Shown: positions 11,686 to 21,634 of the stretch, piece after piece
Layout: every line of letters starts with the position of its first letter
Position numbering within the stretch: the first letter of the stretch is position 1
Source of the DNA: Vermamoeba vermiformis
Lineage: Eukaryota
NCBI GenBank assembly: GCA_045837725.1
Contig: JBEWZL010000136.1
Coordinates: 1 to 64,000 of the forward strand
Direction: 5' to 3'
Length of the DNA: 64,000 nt
Notes under the pieces: model-generated
Seen by the model: the letters and a program-made list of their open reading frames with translations, nothing else
Databases searched by the model: none
Told to the model about the DNA's origin: nothing
Program-made: the position numbers and the translations under genes

Positions 11686-12138
11686 TTAAGCGCGATTCTT
11701 ACCAATTGGCAAGCCTTCCTGTGCGTTATGCACTCGTCGAGATGCCAACTTAGCGAGGACATCATCGACACTGGGGAATGAGGCCTCCACGACACTCATT
11801 TGGAAATCGATATCTTGCGCCGCACGTGCTTTGGCGTACTTTTCGGCACTACCCAAATCTCCAGTGGCCTGTAAAAATGTCTCAAAGTTCTCCTTGTAGC
11901 TTTTTTCTATTGTGTCCTTGATACCAGCCAATGCGGCTCGTCTATTCTTCATATATGCATCTGGGTCGCTAATGGCCTGGTCATACTTATACATCTTGTT
12001 AAGTTGATCATAAAGGCCCAAATCAGACAAAACCAATTGTGCTCTGGATGTCTCTGCTTTACCTGCATCGCTAGCAACTAAACCTTCGAGGTTAAACTTG
12101 CCGTCGGCCTTCAGCCAGGGTGTAAATTTGTCAGCCAT
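11686..12138 (-). CDS. Viral hypothetical helical protein (150 aa)
   Basis: Intact ORF with AT-rich flanks. Confidence 0.7.
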   Translation of the reverse strand: MADKFTPWLKADGKFNLEGLVASDAGKAETSRAQLVLSDLGLYDQLNKMYKYDQAISDPDAYMKNRRAALAGIKDTIEKSYKENFETFLQATGDLGSAEKYAKARAAQDIDFQMSVVEASFPSVDDVLAKLASRRVHNAQEGLPIGKNRA

Positions 12139-12203
12139 CTTGATAGTTAATACTGATTGATGATCTATATTAACTACTGTGAAAAAAATAAAATATTATT
12201 AAA

Positions 12204-12395
12204 CTAATCATCACTGAAAAGTTTGTCCACTAACTTACCCAATACGATGTCAACATTTTCACGAGTCTTCAGGTCAACAGGGACGCCTATTTTATTGAGA
12301 TAACCTATCTGTAGGCTTGACAACGCGGCACAGAGCGCGTTTTTAATCATTTCATTGATATCGATATCATAATCAATCTCGTCCATTGAGGGCAA
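12204..12395 (-). CDS. Small viral hypothetical protein
   Basis: 63-aa ORF filling the gap between neighbours; start uncertain. Confidence 0.45.
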   Translation of the reverse strand: MPSMDEIDYDIDINEMIKNALCAALSSLQIGYLNKIGVPVDLKTRENVDIVLGKLVDKLFSDD

Positions 12396-12423
12396 TTATA
12401 AACACTAAATTTAACTTTTTAAC

Positions 12424-12783
12424 TTACATAAATAAGTCAGCGACGATGACACCCGCGGCGGTACCTAATGCGGTGTATGCGGGGGCTAAGTAGTTGTAAA
12501 TACCAGGGTGCATCGTGATAATCTGTCTAAATACCTCGCCGCCCAAGAGTATCTGCGTGCCAGCTGCAAAAACAGCGGCCGTAGTGGCCTTTGAAGCGCT
12601 TACAGACTCACCCATGAGCATTGACGACACAACGACTGCTGAGCCACCGAATAAAGCGGCATTAACGGCTGCGGGAGCACTCGTATGGTATTTCTGCACG
12701 ACCGGTTGCAACACTGGAAAGGTAATTTTGCCAATAGTGAGGTCTGCACCGAATGCAAGACCTGATGCTAGTATAATATCCAT
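12424..12783 (-). CDS. Viral multi-pass membrane protein, paralogue of 30728-31090
   Basis: Gly/Ala-rich hydrophobic helices; MDIILASG...TALGTAAGVIVADLFM matches MDLILMGG...TGAGTVLGVMLGDMLF. Confidence 0.75.
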   Translation of the reverse strand: MDIILASGLAFGADLTIGKITFPVLQPVVQKYHTSAPAAVNAALFGGSAVVVSSMLMGESVSASKATTAAVFAAGTQILLGGEVFRQIITMHPGIYNYLAPAYTALGTAAGVIVADLFM

Positions 12784-12848
12784 ATTGTTAGTATGAAGTG
12801 ATATATATTGAATGCATTATATTACAAAATAAATAAAAATAAAAAACC

Positions 12849-12939
12849 TGACTGATGTGGCGCGACGGCGATGTGGAAATTTTGATAGTTATAAGTATAG
12901 GATTTTTAACGTCGCCGTCGCGCCACCTGAGTTGGGCCT
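12849..12939 (+). repeat. Palindromic intergenic element, copy 1
   Basis: Perfect 15-bp inverted repeat GTGGCGCGACGGCGA (12857-12871) / TCGCCGTCGCGCCAC (12912-12926) around an AT-rich TTTTGATAGTTATA core, followed by CTGAGTTGGGCC. Confidence 0.92.
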
Positions 12940-12987
12940 TTAATTTTGTTTTTTTAAAAATTTAATCTGCTTAATATACCCCTAACA

Positions 12988-13524
12988 ATGGGCCGTGTGA
13001 AACCTAAAGTGGACCTTGGTAGCGGCACTATCGCCCCTACTGAGAAAAAAAGAAAATTACGTCAATCGATTTGGAAAATTACCATCAATACTCATTTATC
13101 GTTTCCTGACCTAATCCTACACGCCGACAATGAAGGTCCCGCTAATTTAGAAAATTATGCGCGCAATCACCGCGAGTTTGGTGCCGCCTACGTCGCATTC
13201 AAAGATATTTTAAATGACATATTTGGTGAAAACTTAGACCGGTACATTAATGTCAAAGAAGAGGGCATTGAGGCGCTTGATGACCGCTATTTTAATGCGC
13301 CTGACGCCAAGATCGTGTTAGAGGTGGGCCCACGCAACAAGCAATTGCACAGTCATATCTTTTTGAAAATACCGCATAGGACGAAAGTAAATTTAAAGTA
13401 TGACGAGATTAAGGCGGCCGTCCAGTCAGCATTAGGACTCGCTGAGCCCCCGGCATTCTCCGCTAAATGGATCAGTCCAGGTGAGGCTGAGATGGCCGAG
13501 TTGTATGTTTTAAAAACACAATAA
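12988..13524 (+). CDS. HUH-superfamily endonuclease (rolling-circle Rep-like), no fused helicase
   Basis: Motif I WKITIN, motif II EVGPRNKQLHSHIFL (H-S-H), motif III YVLK (YxxK), in canonical order. Confidence 0.75.
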   Translation: MGRVKPKVDLGSGTIAPTEKKRKLRQSIWKITINTHLSFPDLILHADNEGPANLENYARNHREFGAAYVAFKDILNDIFGENLDRYINVKEEGIEALDDRYFNAPDAKIVLEVGPRNKQLHSHIFLKIPHRTKVNLKYDEIKAAVQSALGLAEPPAFSAKWISPGEAEMAELYVLKTQ

Positions 13525-13641
13525 AAAATTGAAAAAGCATTTTTTAATTTAATTTGCGTCAAATTAAAAAGTAGTATTATATACTTTATAAACCAACTTG
13601 CAAAAAAAAAGCATAAGCGACTAACATTATTCATAACTATA

Positions 13642-14184
13642 ATGTTAAATCCCTATAACGCAAAAAATACTGTAGCCTTCTACGGCGAATATTCGCGCAT
13701 TGTCATTATGATTGCGAGCAACGATAACACCCTTTTCACCATTGACTTTGAGGACTTTGAGAGGATCAAGACACACCGATGGTCAACCAACGGGGCCGGA
13801 TACCTTCAAACTTGCATTAATAAAAAATCTGTTTTCTTGCACAGATTCCTACTCGACGCCCAACCCGGCATCATTGTGGACCACAAAGACGGCAACTATA
13901 CAAACAACCGAAAGGCCAATTTGAGATTCGCTAACAAGGCCCAAAATAACCAAAATAGGGGCATTTCAAGGGCCAATAAAACGGGCTTCAAGGGCGTCCA
14001 ACGCATCGGTAATAAGTACTTATGCACGCTTAAATATACTGAAAACGGCATACAGCATATGGTCTGTGCGACCTTCGATGACCCTGTTAGTGCCGCGATT
14101 CAGTACAATGAGTTTGCAAGACAGTACCACGGGGAATTTGCAAGGCCCAATGTAATTCCACCAATGGACCCTGTTGCCGAGTAA
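13642..14184 (+). CDS. HNH endonuclease with C-terminal AP2-like DNA-binding domain (homing-endonuclease type)
   Basis: LHRFLL...VDHKDGNYTNNRKANLR...NNQN; TGFKGVQR...AAIQYNEFARQYHGEFARPN. Confidence 0.88.
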   Translation: MLNPYNAKNTVAFYGEYSRIVIMIASNDNTLFTIDFEDFERIKTHRWSTNGAGYLQTCINKKSVFLHRFLLDAQPGIIVDHKDGNYTNNRKANLRFANKAQNNQNRGISRANKTGFKGVQRIGNKYLCTLKYTENGIQHMVCATFDDPVSAAIQYNEFARQYHGEFARPNVIPPMDPVAE

Positions 14185-14215
14185 TGACGATTCAAAAAAA
14201 TAATCTTTTTTTGGC

Positions 14216-14776
14216 CTATTCAACCATTGTATCGAAAAACTCCTCAGGATTATGCAATTCCGACTTAATGGTTTCATATGTTAGATAAAGGACGGCTTTT
14301 TTCACCTCATCCTTAGACTTATTCGTTTCATTCAAGTACTCGAAGTCATCCCAGATACGAAACCAAATTTTGTCTTTGAAGACTCGCGAAAGGTTTTTCA
14401 CTAAAATATCTTTTACAAAGGCATATCTATCGATCCTATTTTGTGGATAAGCTATATGATTTTCGAAAAAGGCCTCCTTGAATATCATTACTGGGAATGT
14501 GTATCTGACTTGTCGCCGGTCCCAGGCGGAGGCATTCCAGCCTAATACATAATTTCCTGTCGGATGCCGCACCGGCTTATCCTTGCATATCGGGTCGTTG
14601 TCGTACTGATCGCAGTAAGCATCGATCCAATAGATGGGATAGCAGGCTTTGCAGACGTATATTGATCCAACTTTTTTAATCGTAGTAATATTTTTGCAGT
14701 GATCGCAGGTGAAATAATATGCGATATGCCATTTGCAATCGTCATTTAAATCCAATTTAGACAATATTATTTCCAT
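14216..14776 (-). CDS. Viral protein with F-box-like N-terminus and CxxC...CxxC finger (paralogue family)
   Basis: MEIILSKLDLNDDCKWHIAYYFTCDHC...CKAC; N-terminus shared with 22176-22781 and 23287-23802. Confidence 0.7.
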   Translation of the reverse strand: MEIILSKLDLNDDCKWHIAYYFTCDHCKNITTIKKVGSIYVCKACYPIYWIDAYCDQYDNDPICKDKPVRHPTGNYVLGWNASAWDRRQVRYTFPVMIFKEAFFENHIAYPQNRIDRYAFVKDILVKNLSRVFKDKIWFRIWDDFEYLNETNKSKDEVKKAVLYLTYETIKSELHNPEEFFDTMVE

Positions 14777-14852
14777 CGGTATTGCTCATTATATGAAAGC
14801 ATAATAAAAATCTAATTTAAAAAAAAGATAATCTTATTTTTTGGTCATTTGT

Positions 14853-17800
14853 TTATAATTTTACCTTGTATTGGCCATTGCGTAGTTCAATATCACTGAG
14901 GGCGACACGGTAATTCAAACGTCTGTTGTTCTCGGCCTCGAATTTGATACCAAAGTTAGCCATGAATTCGTTAACAGCCCGCATTTGAGCCGCGAAATTG
15001 GCATCTTTGAGGCCCTTGAGTTGCTCCGTGTGCGAATGACCAAAGACCTTAGCAAATAAGTCAACTGCGCTGTATTCACCTTGGAATAAGTCTGCGTACC
15101 ACTTACATGCGGTCTCAACCTGGGCCCTAGTGATGCGTGCATTGGTGTTGATCCTGCTATCTACAATGACAGCGGGATTGGCCGATTTGATAATGTTAAT
15201 GATAAACCATAGGCGCCATTTATTCTGCGTGTAGGTATTGTCATAGGCCTCCAGGGGAATGAATCGCAATTTAGGGTCGTTGCTGGCCTTGATTTGAGAC
15301 ATTAATAAGTCTTCGATGGCGACCTCGGCTGGCTTATTTTGCATCGCCGCATTATACTCACCACATACATACGTGGCATTACGCAATTGCCTATCAGCCA
15401 TCCTTTTCGCGACTGCTGGTGTAATCTCACCATGGTAATCAAAGGCCTTTTTGAGATACCATCGCGCCAATGACAGCAACTCTTCGGGGGTCTTAGTGTC
15501 CTTGGATTCCATCGCCTCGAGATCTTCAGGGTCCAAATCACGCGCGGCTGCGAGTTCTTCTGCTTTGATGGTCTGAAGCATTCGCTTAACCTCAGCCGTG
15601 GACTTTTTGATGACCAATGCGGCCTGACCATCGGGATCTTTGGCATCCATCGCGACTTCGTGCCCATTGTTAATCAAGTATTTGATCATCCAAAACAAGT
15701 ACTTACCCCTGTAATCTATAGTTTGCATTAATTCGGCCAATTTCCAGTCGTACAGGTAGTTCTTGGTGATATAAGTGTTGGTAGGGATGACGAGATTGTA
15801 CTTTTGTAGCATTTTAGGTTCTGCGTATATGATGCGTTCAGCTTGATCGCGAGTGGGCGCAAGGTCGCACACACGGTCCTTAATGTAAGCATGAATGACG
15901 CCCATGCCGACATTACGCACCCTTCCAAGCATCTGAATTGCGCAATTAGGGTCGCACAACTCACTTGTAAAGTAGGCGAATCCACGCGCGAAGTGTATGC
16001 GCTCGAATGAATTACCAGCCGAGATTGTGGGCGTGTAAACGACGACGTCCAGCTTGCTCCACTCTTCATTAATGCGACTAAGTTGCTCCTTGATGTCCTC
16101 GCTGGACTCACCAGTGTAAAGACCAATGTTGAGGCCCAAGTCGAGCTTTTTGAGTTGCTCAACGACCTCTTTGGCAAATGACTTAACACCACTTGCAATG
16201 AAGAAAGGGGCCGTCTTAGCTGTCTTCGCCGCCTCCATGATCTCGCCCCTAAGTGTCGATTCATCACACACGAAGTTGACCTTCGGTTTCGGGATTTGTG
16301 CCGTATTGTTGATAATCAAGGGGCGCTCTTGGGGCCTGATAGACATTATAAAGTCAACATCCGCACGTGTTAAATTCGCATCAATGCATATTACGACCTT
16401 GGCGTTAGACACCAACCATCTGAATTTCTCGGCATTGTCCTTGAGATTTGTTTTATTGGTGTCTACTGAATGAATCTGAGATATAATTGACTTTACCTCG
16501 TCCATCACAAGCACATCGGGAGCTACCATCTTGGGGCACAATCGGCGCAATGACTCGTACTGAATGATGAGCTTAGGGTCGCTTATAACGGCCTTAGTCG
16601 CGTTTTTATAGACCACGTAGTCTTGCAATGTTCGCTGGCGTTCAATCGCGAGTGAGACCCTGTGCGTGATGAATAGCACGTTGTTGTAATTATTCTGACG
16701 GAGCCATTGCACGAGCCATTTGGACTTACCAGTTCCCATTGGGGACTTAATAAAGGTCAATGTCGCCACTTCAGGCGCGACAAACTCGGGCAATGCGATA
16801 TCGACAATGCGGCACGACTCAGGCATCACGTCGACGGCTTGCATGGCATCGGCATGGGCCTTCTGGAATTTAGCTGCAAAGGCCGCACGGGGACTAAGTT
16901 TAGGTGCCTTAGGCTCGGGCTTTTCAACATTAATCTTGCCGACTAATTCGTACTTACCAGGGGACTTGAAGCACCTGACATAGACCCTACCGCATTTTTT
17001 GATGGTCGCGTACAATGAGTCGTAATTGTCGTGGGTACGGGCACAGAAGGTGCAATAACTGGACCCGATGCGCTGGAAATAAAGGGCGCTTCCATTAAAC
17101 TTGGTAAATCTGAAATTATGTGCGTGATGGGTTGCTAATACCATGTCCTTCGCGATGTCAATTTGTTCATTCGCGCATTTAACCATATCTAGCTTAGGTG
17201 CGGGCACGTCCTTGTATTCGAAGTAATCCGGGTAGTGGCCTGCAACGTGTACGAAAAGGTCCTTGGTATTGACCTGCATGTCGACGGCATCTGATGAATT
17301 GGGATCTATACGCATCCATCTATCAGTAAGGATCTTGACACTGTTGATCGTGCGCAACATACCTTTCTTGTAGACGTCGCGGTCAATACAGTTGATCACC
17401 AAGTCGTGGTTCTTAATTACACCTACTGATGACTTACGGTAAAATGCGATAAAGTCGTTGATAAGGAGCTTTACCTCGGCGACATGTTCGAATACGCGCG
17501 ATGACGCAATGATAATGTGATAGCTGAGCTTAACGCCCGGGTCGTGGGCACTCATTACCGTCCAAGGCGCGTACAAAAACTCAAGTAGGGTAGGGTATGG
17601 ATCCAATAGGGACGTGATGAATAAGTAGAAATTGCGTTTGAGGTCAGGGATGATGTTGTCGATCAATACTTGGAAAGTGTCGTGGTCTATTTCGCCGTAA
17701 TCAGTGCTGACGCGCGTGATTTCAAGGTCCAAGAAAACGCGAATAGGGCCGTAAAGGACCTCATGGACTGTTCTAATATCCTGAGGTAAGCTATTAATTA

Positions 17801-18242
17801 AGTTCAAAGCGGCTTCAGGGGACTCGCAAATTACCTCGTTATACCAGCTCTTGACCTTCGATTTGCCATCTACACGATCCTCTCTGCTCTTAAAGCGCTC
17901 GATACATAGGTGGTGGTAAAATGGCGTGTCGTTGTCTTCATCGTGCTCATCAAGGGCCAATTCAGGTGGCGCAACATAACCAAACCGGGCCATGAAACTT
18001 ACTTTATTGCGCCATCCAGAATAATATTGTTTGTATAAGGTGCACTTAGGGACCTTAAAGGACTGCACCGTATTTACTTTAAGCCACTGCTCGGAGGCAT
18101 TCTGGAAGTACTTAAAAGTGCTTGGATTTTCTGAAAATGAATTTAACTCGTGTTGAATAGTTGTCAAGATAACAGTGTTATTAATCATGTCTATCGCCTT
18201 ATTTTTTTCGCTTGGTATACGAGTATTAGTAGTAATATTCAT
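14853..18242 (-). CDS. AEP primase(-polymerase) + Zn finger + SF2 helicase (UL9/origin-binding-protein-like) fusion, 1129 aa
   Basis: AEP motifs VFLDLE, KLSYHIII, IDRDVY...LR; YCTFCARTH; Walker A SPMGTGKS, Walker B VMDE, YTPTISAGNSF, QMLGRVR. Confidence 0.88.
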   Translation of the reverse strand: MNITTNTRIPSEKNKAIDMINNTVILTTIQHELNSFSENPSTFKYFQNASEQWLKVNTVQSFKVPKCTLYKQYYSGWRNKVSFMARFGYVAPPELALDEHDEDNDTPFYHHLCIERFKSREDRVDGKSKVKSWYNEVICESPEAALNLINSLPQDIRTVHEVLYGPIRVFLDLEITRVSTDYGEIDHDTFQVLIDNIIPDLKRNFYLFITSLLDPYPTLLEFLYAPWTVMSAHDPGVKLSYHIIIASSRVFEHVAEVKLLINDFIAFYRKSSVGVIKNHDLVINCIDRDVYKKGMLRTINSVKILTDRWMRIDPNSSDAVDMQVNTKDLFVHVAGHYPDYFEYKDVPAPKLDMVKCANEQIDIAKDMVLATHHAHNFRFTKFNGSALYFQRIGSSYCTFCARTHDNYDSLYATIKKCGRVYVRCFKSPGKYELVGKINVEKPEPKAPKLSPRAAFAAKFQKAHADAMQAVDVMPESCRIVDIALPEFVAPEVATLTFIKSPMGTGKSKWLVQWLRQNNYNNVLFITHRVSLAIERQRTLQDYVVYKNATKAVISDPKLIIQYESLRRLCPKMVAPDVLVMDEVKSIISQIHSVDTNKTNLKDNAEKFRWLVSNAKVVICIDANLTRADVDFIMSIRPQERPLIINNTAQIPKPKVNFVCDESTLRGEIMEAAKTAKTAPFFIASGVKSFAKEVVEQLKKLDLGLNIGLYTGESSEDIKEQLSRINEEWSKLDVVVYTPTISAGNSFERIHFARGFAYFTSELCDPNCAIQMLGRVRNVGMGVIHAYIKDRVCDLAPTRDQAERIIYAEPKMLQKYNLVIPTNTYITKNYLYDWKLAELMQTIDYRGKYLFWMIKYLINNGHEVAMDAKDPDGQAALVIKKSTAEVKRMLQTIKAEELAAARDLDPEDLEAMESKDTKTPEELLSLARWYLKKAFDYHGEITPAVAKRMADRQLRNATYVCGEYNAAMQNKPAEVAIEDLLMSQIKASNDPKLRFIPLEAYDNTYTQNKWRLWFIINIIKSANPAVIVDSRINTNARITRAQVETACKWYADLFQGEYSAVDLFAKVFGHSHTEQLKGLKDANFAAQMRAVNEFMANFGIKFEAENNRRLNYRVALSDIELRNGQYKVKL

Positions 18243-18288
18243 ATGGAAAATTAAAAATTAAAATATCAATTTTTTAAGGGTCTCAATA

Positions 18289-18373
18289 ATGTGGCGCGAC
18301 GGCGACGTGGAATTTTGATAGTTATATAAAATAGTTAAAAGTTATGTCGCCGTCCCGCCACCTGAGTTGGGCC
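18289..18373 (+). repeat. Palindromic intergenic element, copy 2
   Basis: GTGGCGCGACGGCGAC...TTTTGATAGTTATA...GTCGCCGTCCCGCCAC-CTGAGTTGGGCC between divergent genes. Confidence 0.9.
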
Positions 18374-18422
18374 TATTAATTAATTTGTATAATTTAAAAA
18401 TTTAATAGTCGTAATTATAGAC

Positions 18423-19088
18423 ATGCCGAAAGTGAAGGCTAATGTTCAATTTGCCTCGAGAGGGCGACCAGCTGAATTGGAAACTAAAGACCTACCTATA
18501 GCGCCTGAAGTGGCACCTGTTGCGCCCTTAGTGCCCGTTGAAATGCCCCCTGAGAAGCCCGCGGCCAGTGTCGTAATTCCCAATGCTAAGGTAGACAAAG
18601 TACGTGCTGATGCACCTATTCGTATTGACAAACTGGACCTTGGAATGGACAACGTGCCCGAAAGCATGCCCGAAACGAAACCAGTGAAGAAAATACCCGT
18701 AAAAATTGAAATTGACCCCGAGATAATCGTGAAACAACCTACAATGCAACGTCCAACAACAAGTCCTATGGTGGACGTTGTGGACCCTAAAATGTCGCGT
18801 CGCATCGATAATATGAAACCAAGGGGAATTGGCCACCCACCAGAAAGAATATTAAAAAAAAACAATTATTACGCGAATGGTACGCCAGGCACTCGCAATG
18901 CGACTCTAGCGACAGCGACACAGACTGAAGAGTCGACTTTCGACTGGACTAGCGTGTTAATGGTAGGTCTCGCTGTGGGTGCTGTTGCGCTACTTGCCAA
19001 GGGGAATAAAGACCCCGATAACGGGCACAACGGGGGTGGATTAGCGGGAGAAAACTATGACTGGAAAAAGTCTTTATTAGGTATCTAA
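18423..19088 (+). CDS. Viral Pro-rich protein with C-terminal transmembrane anchor
   Basis: 221-aa ORF; hydrophobic segment WTSVLMVGLAVGAVALLA. Confidence 0.75.
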   Translation: MPKVKANVQFASRGRPAELETKDLPIAPEVAPVAPLVPVEMPPEKPAASVVIPNAKVDKVRADAPIRIDKLDLGMDNVPESMPETKPVKKIPVKIEIDPEIIVKQPTMQRPTTSPMVDVVDPKMSRRIDNMKPRGIGHPPERILKKNNYYANGTPGTRNATLATATQTEESTFDWTSVLMVGLAVGAVALLAKGNKDPDNGHNGGGLAGENYDWKKSLLGI

Positions 19089-19132
19089 CACGCCCATCGC
19101 TTTAAGCTTTTTTTATTTTTTTGGTTTTTTAA

Positions 19133-20194
19133 TTAGTTTTTGTTCGTGCGCTTGGGTCTGTTTGTGTTGAGCTCGTCGTCTTCATCGTTATCCGAGCCGC
19201 TGCCATACTGCGCCTCAACATCACTGTTGCTACTCTTAGCGTTGAATAGCTTTCCTGGACTTTTGCGTACCTTGGTCTTACGTGAGCCGTCAGAAAGCGC
19301 GCGTCTCTTTCTCTTAGGCTTCGATACAATCATTACATCGTCATCATCACTCTCGACACTGCCTTCATTATCGCCCCATCTGCTCTTGCGTGTCTTTTTC
19401 TTGGGCGTAATCATCGCGATCTCTGCTGCTGTAAGTTGTTCTCCGTTAGCCTGCTTCAATTTTATCTCCTTTTTGGTAATCTCGTTCGTCATTTTTTCAA
19501 TGGTCTTTTTGTTTTTAACCGCTGCTTCCTTCTCGGCCACATTTGACATGCGCGGCAGTAGGTTGAGTGCGGCCATTTGCAATTCGGGTGCTTTTTCATC
19601 TACATGCAGCAGTTTTTTGACGTAGCTAATAACCGTAATCTGTCGTTGCAATCGCTCGCCATAGCACGTAATGCAGAGTTTGAGTGGGTTGGTACCATAA
19701 AGCGCATTGCAAAACTGGCGTTTGCTAGGCATTTGAATGAATTTGATGTTGATGCAAAGGTTCTGCCTCGCGTCCCAATTCGGCAACTTGAAATATTCGC
19801 CAGCGAAGACCAATATGTCCGTGTAAAGTAGGTCAAGCAAACGCGGGTCCTTTTTATCAAACGCTTCTGTTATTCTCTTTTCTAAAGCTTTCGTGCCGGT
19901 CTCTTCTGGGGGCTGCTGCACTGCAGGCTGCCGCTGTGGTGGTGGCGCTACTGGGTGCTCTTGGAATGCTTGCTGCTGCGGCACGGGTCGTTGAGGAGTG
20001 CTCGGGCTCGGGTCCGCAGTTTGAATATTAATGGTTTGAAGCTGGGGCGCCTGCTGTTCAGTTGTTTGCGCTGCGGTAGGTAAAGGTTCACTGGACGGTG
20101 CTTCGCTAGCGCCTGACGTGGTCGTTGGGTTGGTGCCTGCTTTTCCCCTATTTCCGCCTTTTTTCGCTGATGACGCTGGTGCTGTGGTGCTCAT
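19133..20194 (-). CDS. Viral low-complexity protein with basic NLS-like segments (353 aa)
   Basis: Q/P/T-rich N-terminus; PKKKTRKSR and KPKRKRR. Confidence 0.7.
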   Translation of the reverse strand: MSTTAPASSAKKGGNRGKAGTNPTTTSGASEAPSSEPLPTAAQTTEQQAPQLQTINIQTADPSPSTPQRPVPQQQAFQEHPVAPPPQRQPAVQQPPEETGTKALEKRITEAFDKKDPRLLDLLYTDILVFAGEYFKLPNWDARQNLCINIKFIQMPSKRQFCNALYGTNPLKLCITCYGERLQRQITVISYVKKLLHVDEKAPELQMAALNLLPRMSNVAEKEAAVKNKKTIEKMTNEITKKEIKLKQANGEQLTAAEIAMITPKKKTRKSRWGDNEGSVESDDDDVMIVSKPKRKRRALSDGSRKTKVRKSPGKLFNAKSSNSDVEAQYGSGSDNDEDDELNTNRPKRTNKN

Positions 20195-20252
20195 AATTAC
20201 AATTTAAAATCTCCCAAGTGCTCGCAAGTTCGGAAAAGTGAGCGAAAAGATA

Positions 20253-20322
20253 AATTTATCGATCGGAATTTCTGTACTGACCAATGGGGTAGCTCCGTCG
20301 TGGAAATACCGATCGATAAATT
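20253..20322. promoter_or_regulatory. 20-bp inverted repeat around a CCAAT-containing spacer between divergent genes
   Basis: AATTTATCGATCGGAATTTC (20253-20272) vs GAAATACCGATCGATAAATT (20303-20322), 19/20 complementary. Confidence 0.55.
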
Positions 20323-20980
20323 CCTGATGGATTCACTTGTCGGAGCTTTGCCGCTCTTGCGAAACCATAAATTGGAATTCAACCGTCAATTCATTTACCG
20401 TTTATTCGACGATTATTACAACATGTCTGTTTGGAATATGCACACCCTTACCAATGCGCTGCCCGCGCCTGCCAACCCTCCTGCTGCTCCTACGCAGCCG
20501 TTTGGTCAATTCAACGCACCTTTTGCTCCGAATGCCGCATTCGCTGCGCACCAAAACATCGTTCCTTACAACGCTGCACCCGCTGCTGGCTCATTGGCTC
20601 CTATGCAGCAGTATTTCGGCCCTATCGCTCCAACTGTTCAAACCCCGGCCTTCAGCCTTGCTCAGTTCAACTTCAACCCGCACTGTGGGAAGCGATGCTC
20701 GTACACGACCAGACCTAGAGGAGGTAAACCCGCAAAGCGCTGCCCTATCGTTTGTCGCGAGAATATGGCTTTCAAAACTATTCCCGGCATGGACGATTAT
20801 GTGTTTTGCAGCAAGCACTTCACCAAGACCTTTGAAGGCTTGAAGAATAGTGCTCTCAAAACGATTGAGAATCGCAATCAACAAAAGGCCATTATCGTGC
20901 AACAAAAACAAGACTTCAACCAGCGAGTGGCAGAGCTAGACAAGGAGTACCAAGAGCTGGAGGCGATGGACTGCTCATAA
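20300..20980 (+). CDS. Viral protein with Pro/Ala-rich region, C-C-C-H zinc finger and coiled coil; likely start at the ATG near 20423
   Basis: CSYTTRPRGGKPAKRC...FCSKH. Confidence 0.65.
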   Translation: MEIPIDKFLMDSLVGALPLLRNHKLEFNRQFIYRLFDDYYNMSVWNMHTLTNALPAPANPPAAPTQPFGQFNAPFAPNAAFAAHQNIVPYNAAPAAGSLAPMQQYFGPIAPTVQTPAFSLAQFNFNPHCGKRCSYTTRPRGGKPAKRCPIVCRENMAFKTIPGMDDYVFCSKHFTKTFEGLKNSALKTIENRNQQKAIIVQQKQDFNQRVAELDKEYQELEAMDCS

Positions 20981-21179
20981 TTCCGTGTCTAGTGGCTTTA
21001 CCCCGAGCCAAAAAACTAAAAAAAGGGGGCATGATTAACATATATAGCTCGGCGTAATGAATTGCATGGTGTTCTTCGAGCCGCAACCAATTTTTCCGCT
21101 GGACGGCAAACATGTTGTAATATGAGAATAAACGGTCAACAAAAATCAAGCGTGCGATTGTTTATTTTTTATTTTAGCA

Positions 21180-21479
21180 ATGACATATCAACAACAACTC
21201 ATCGATTTAGCTTTTACGCAGCAAGTAATCGACCTACGAAATGACAGCGTATTCGAGACGATATTACCGCTCGCAAGCTACTTCGCTAATAAAGATAGTA
21301 ATGCCCTACTCGTCGTCAATGCAGTCGTAGTTCCGCCCGGCGCTTTTGCGGACGAAAAGGAATTCATCAAGAATACACCTCTTACTTCAAATGTAATTCT
21401 GTTCACCATGAAACCAAATAATATCAAACCAAATAATACTCAATCAATAGCTGATCGTCGCACTTTCAATAAGAAATGA
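21180..21479 (+). CDS. Viral hypothetical protein (99 aa)
   Basis: ATG ORF with AT-rich upstream region. Confidence 0.5.
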   Translation: MTYQQQLIDLAFTQQVIDLRNDSVFETILPLASYFANKDSNALLVVNAVVVPPGAFADEKEFIKNTPLTSNVILFTMKPNNIKPNNTQSIADRRTFNKK

Positions 21480-21634
21480 ATTAAACTTGTAAACTCTGAA
21501 TTACCCGTTCACTGAATTGTTCCAAAAAATAAAATTTAGTCAATCTCTCGAGATTTGACGTTTTCTAAAAATACCCGACCAAGCACCCTCCCTTGCTCAT
21601 AGACAAGTGATTTTAGGCCCAAATCCATAATATA

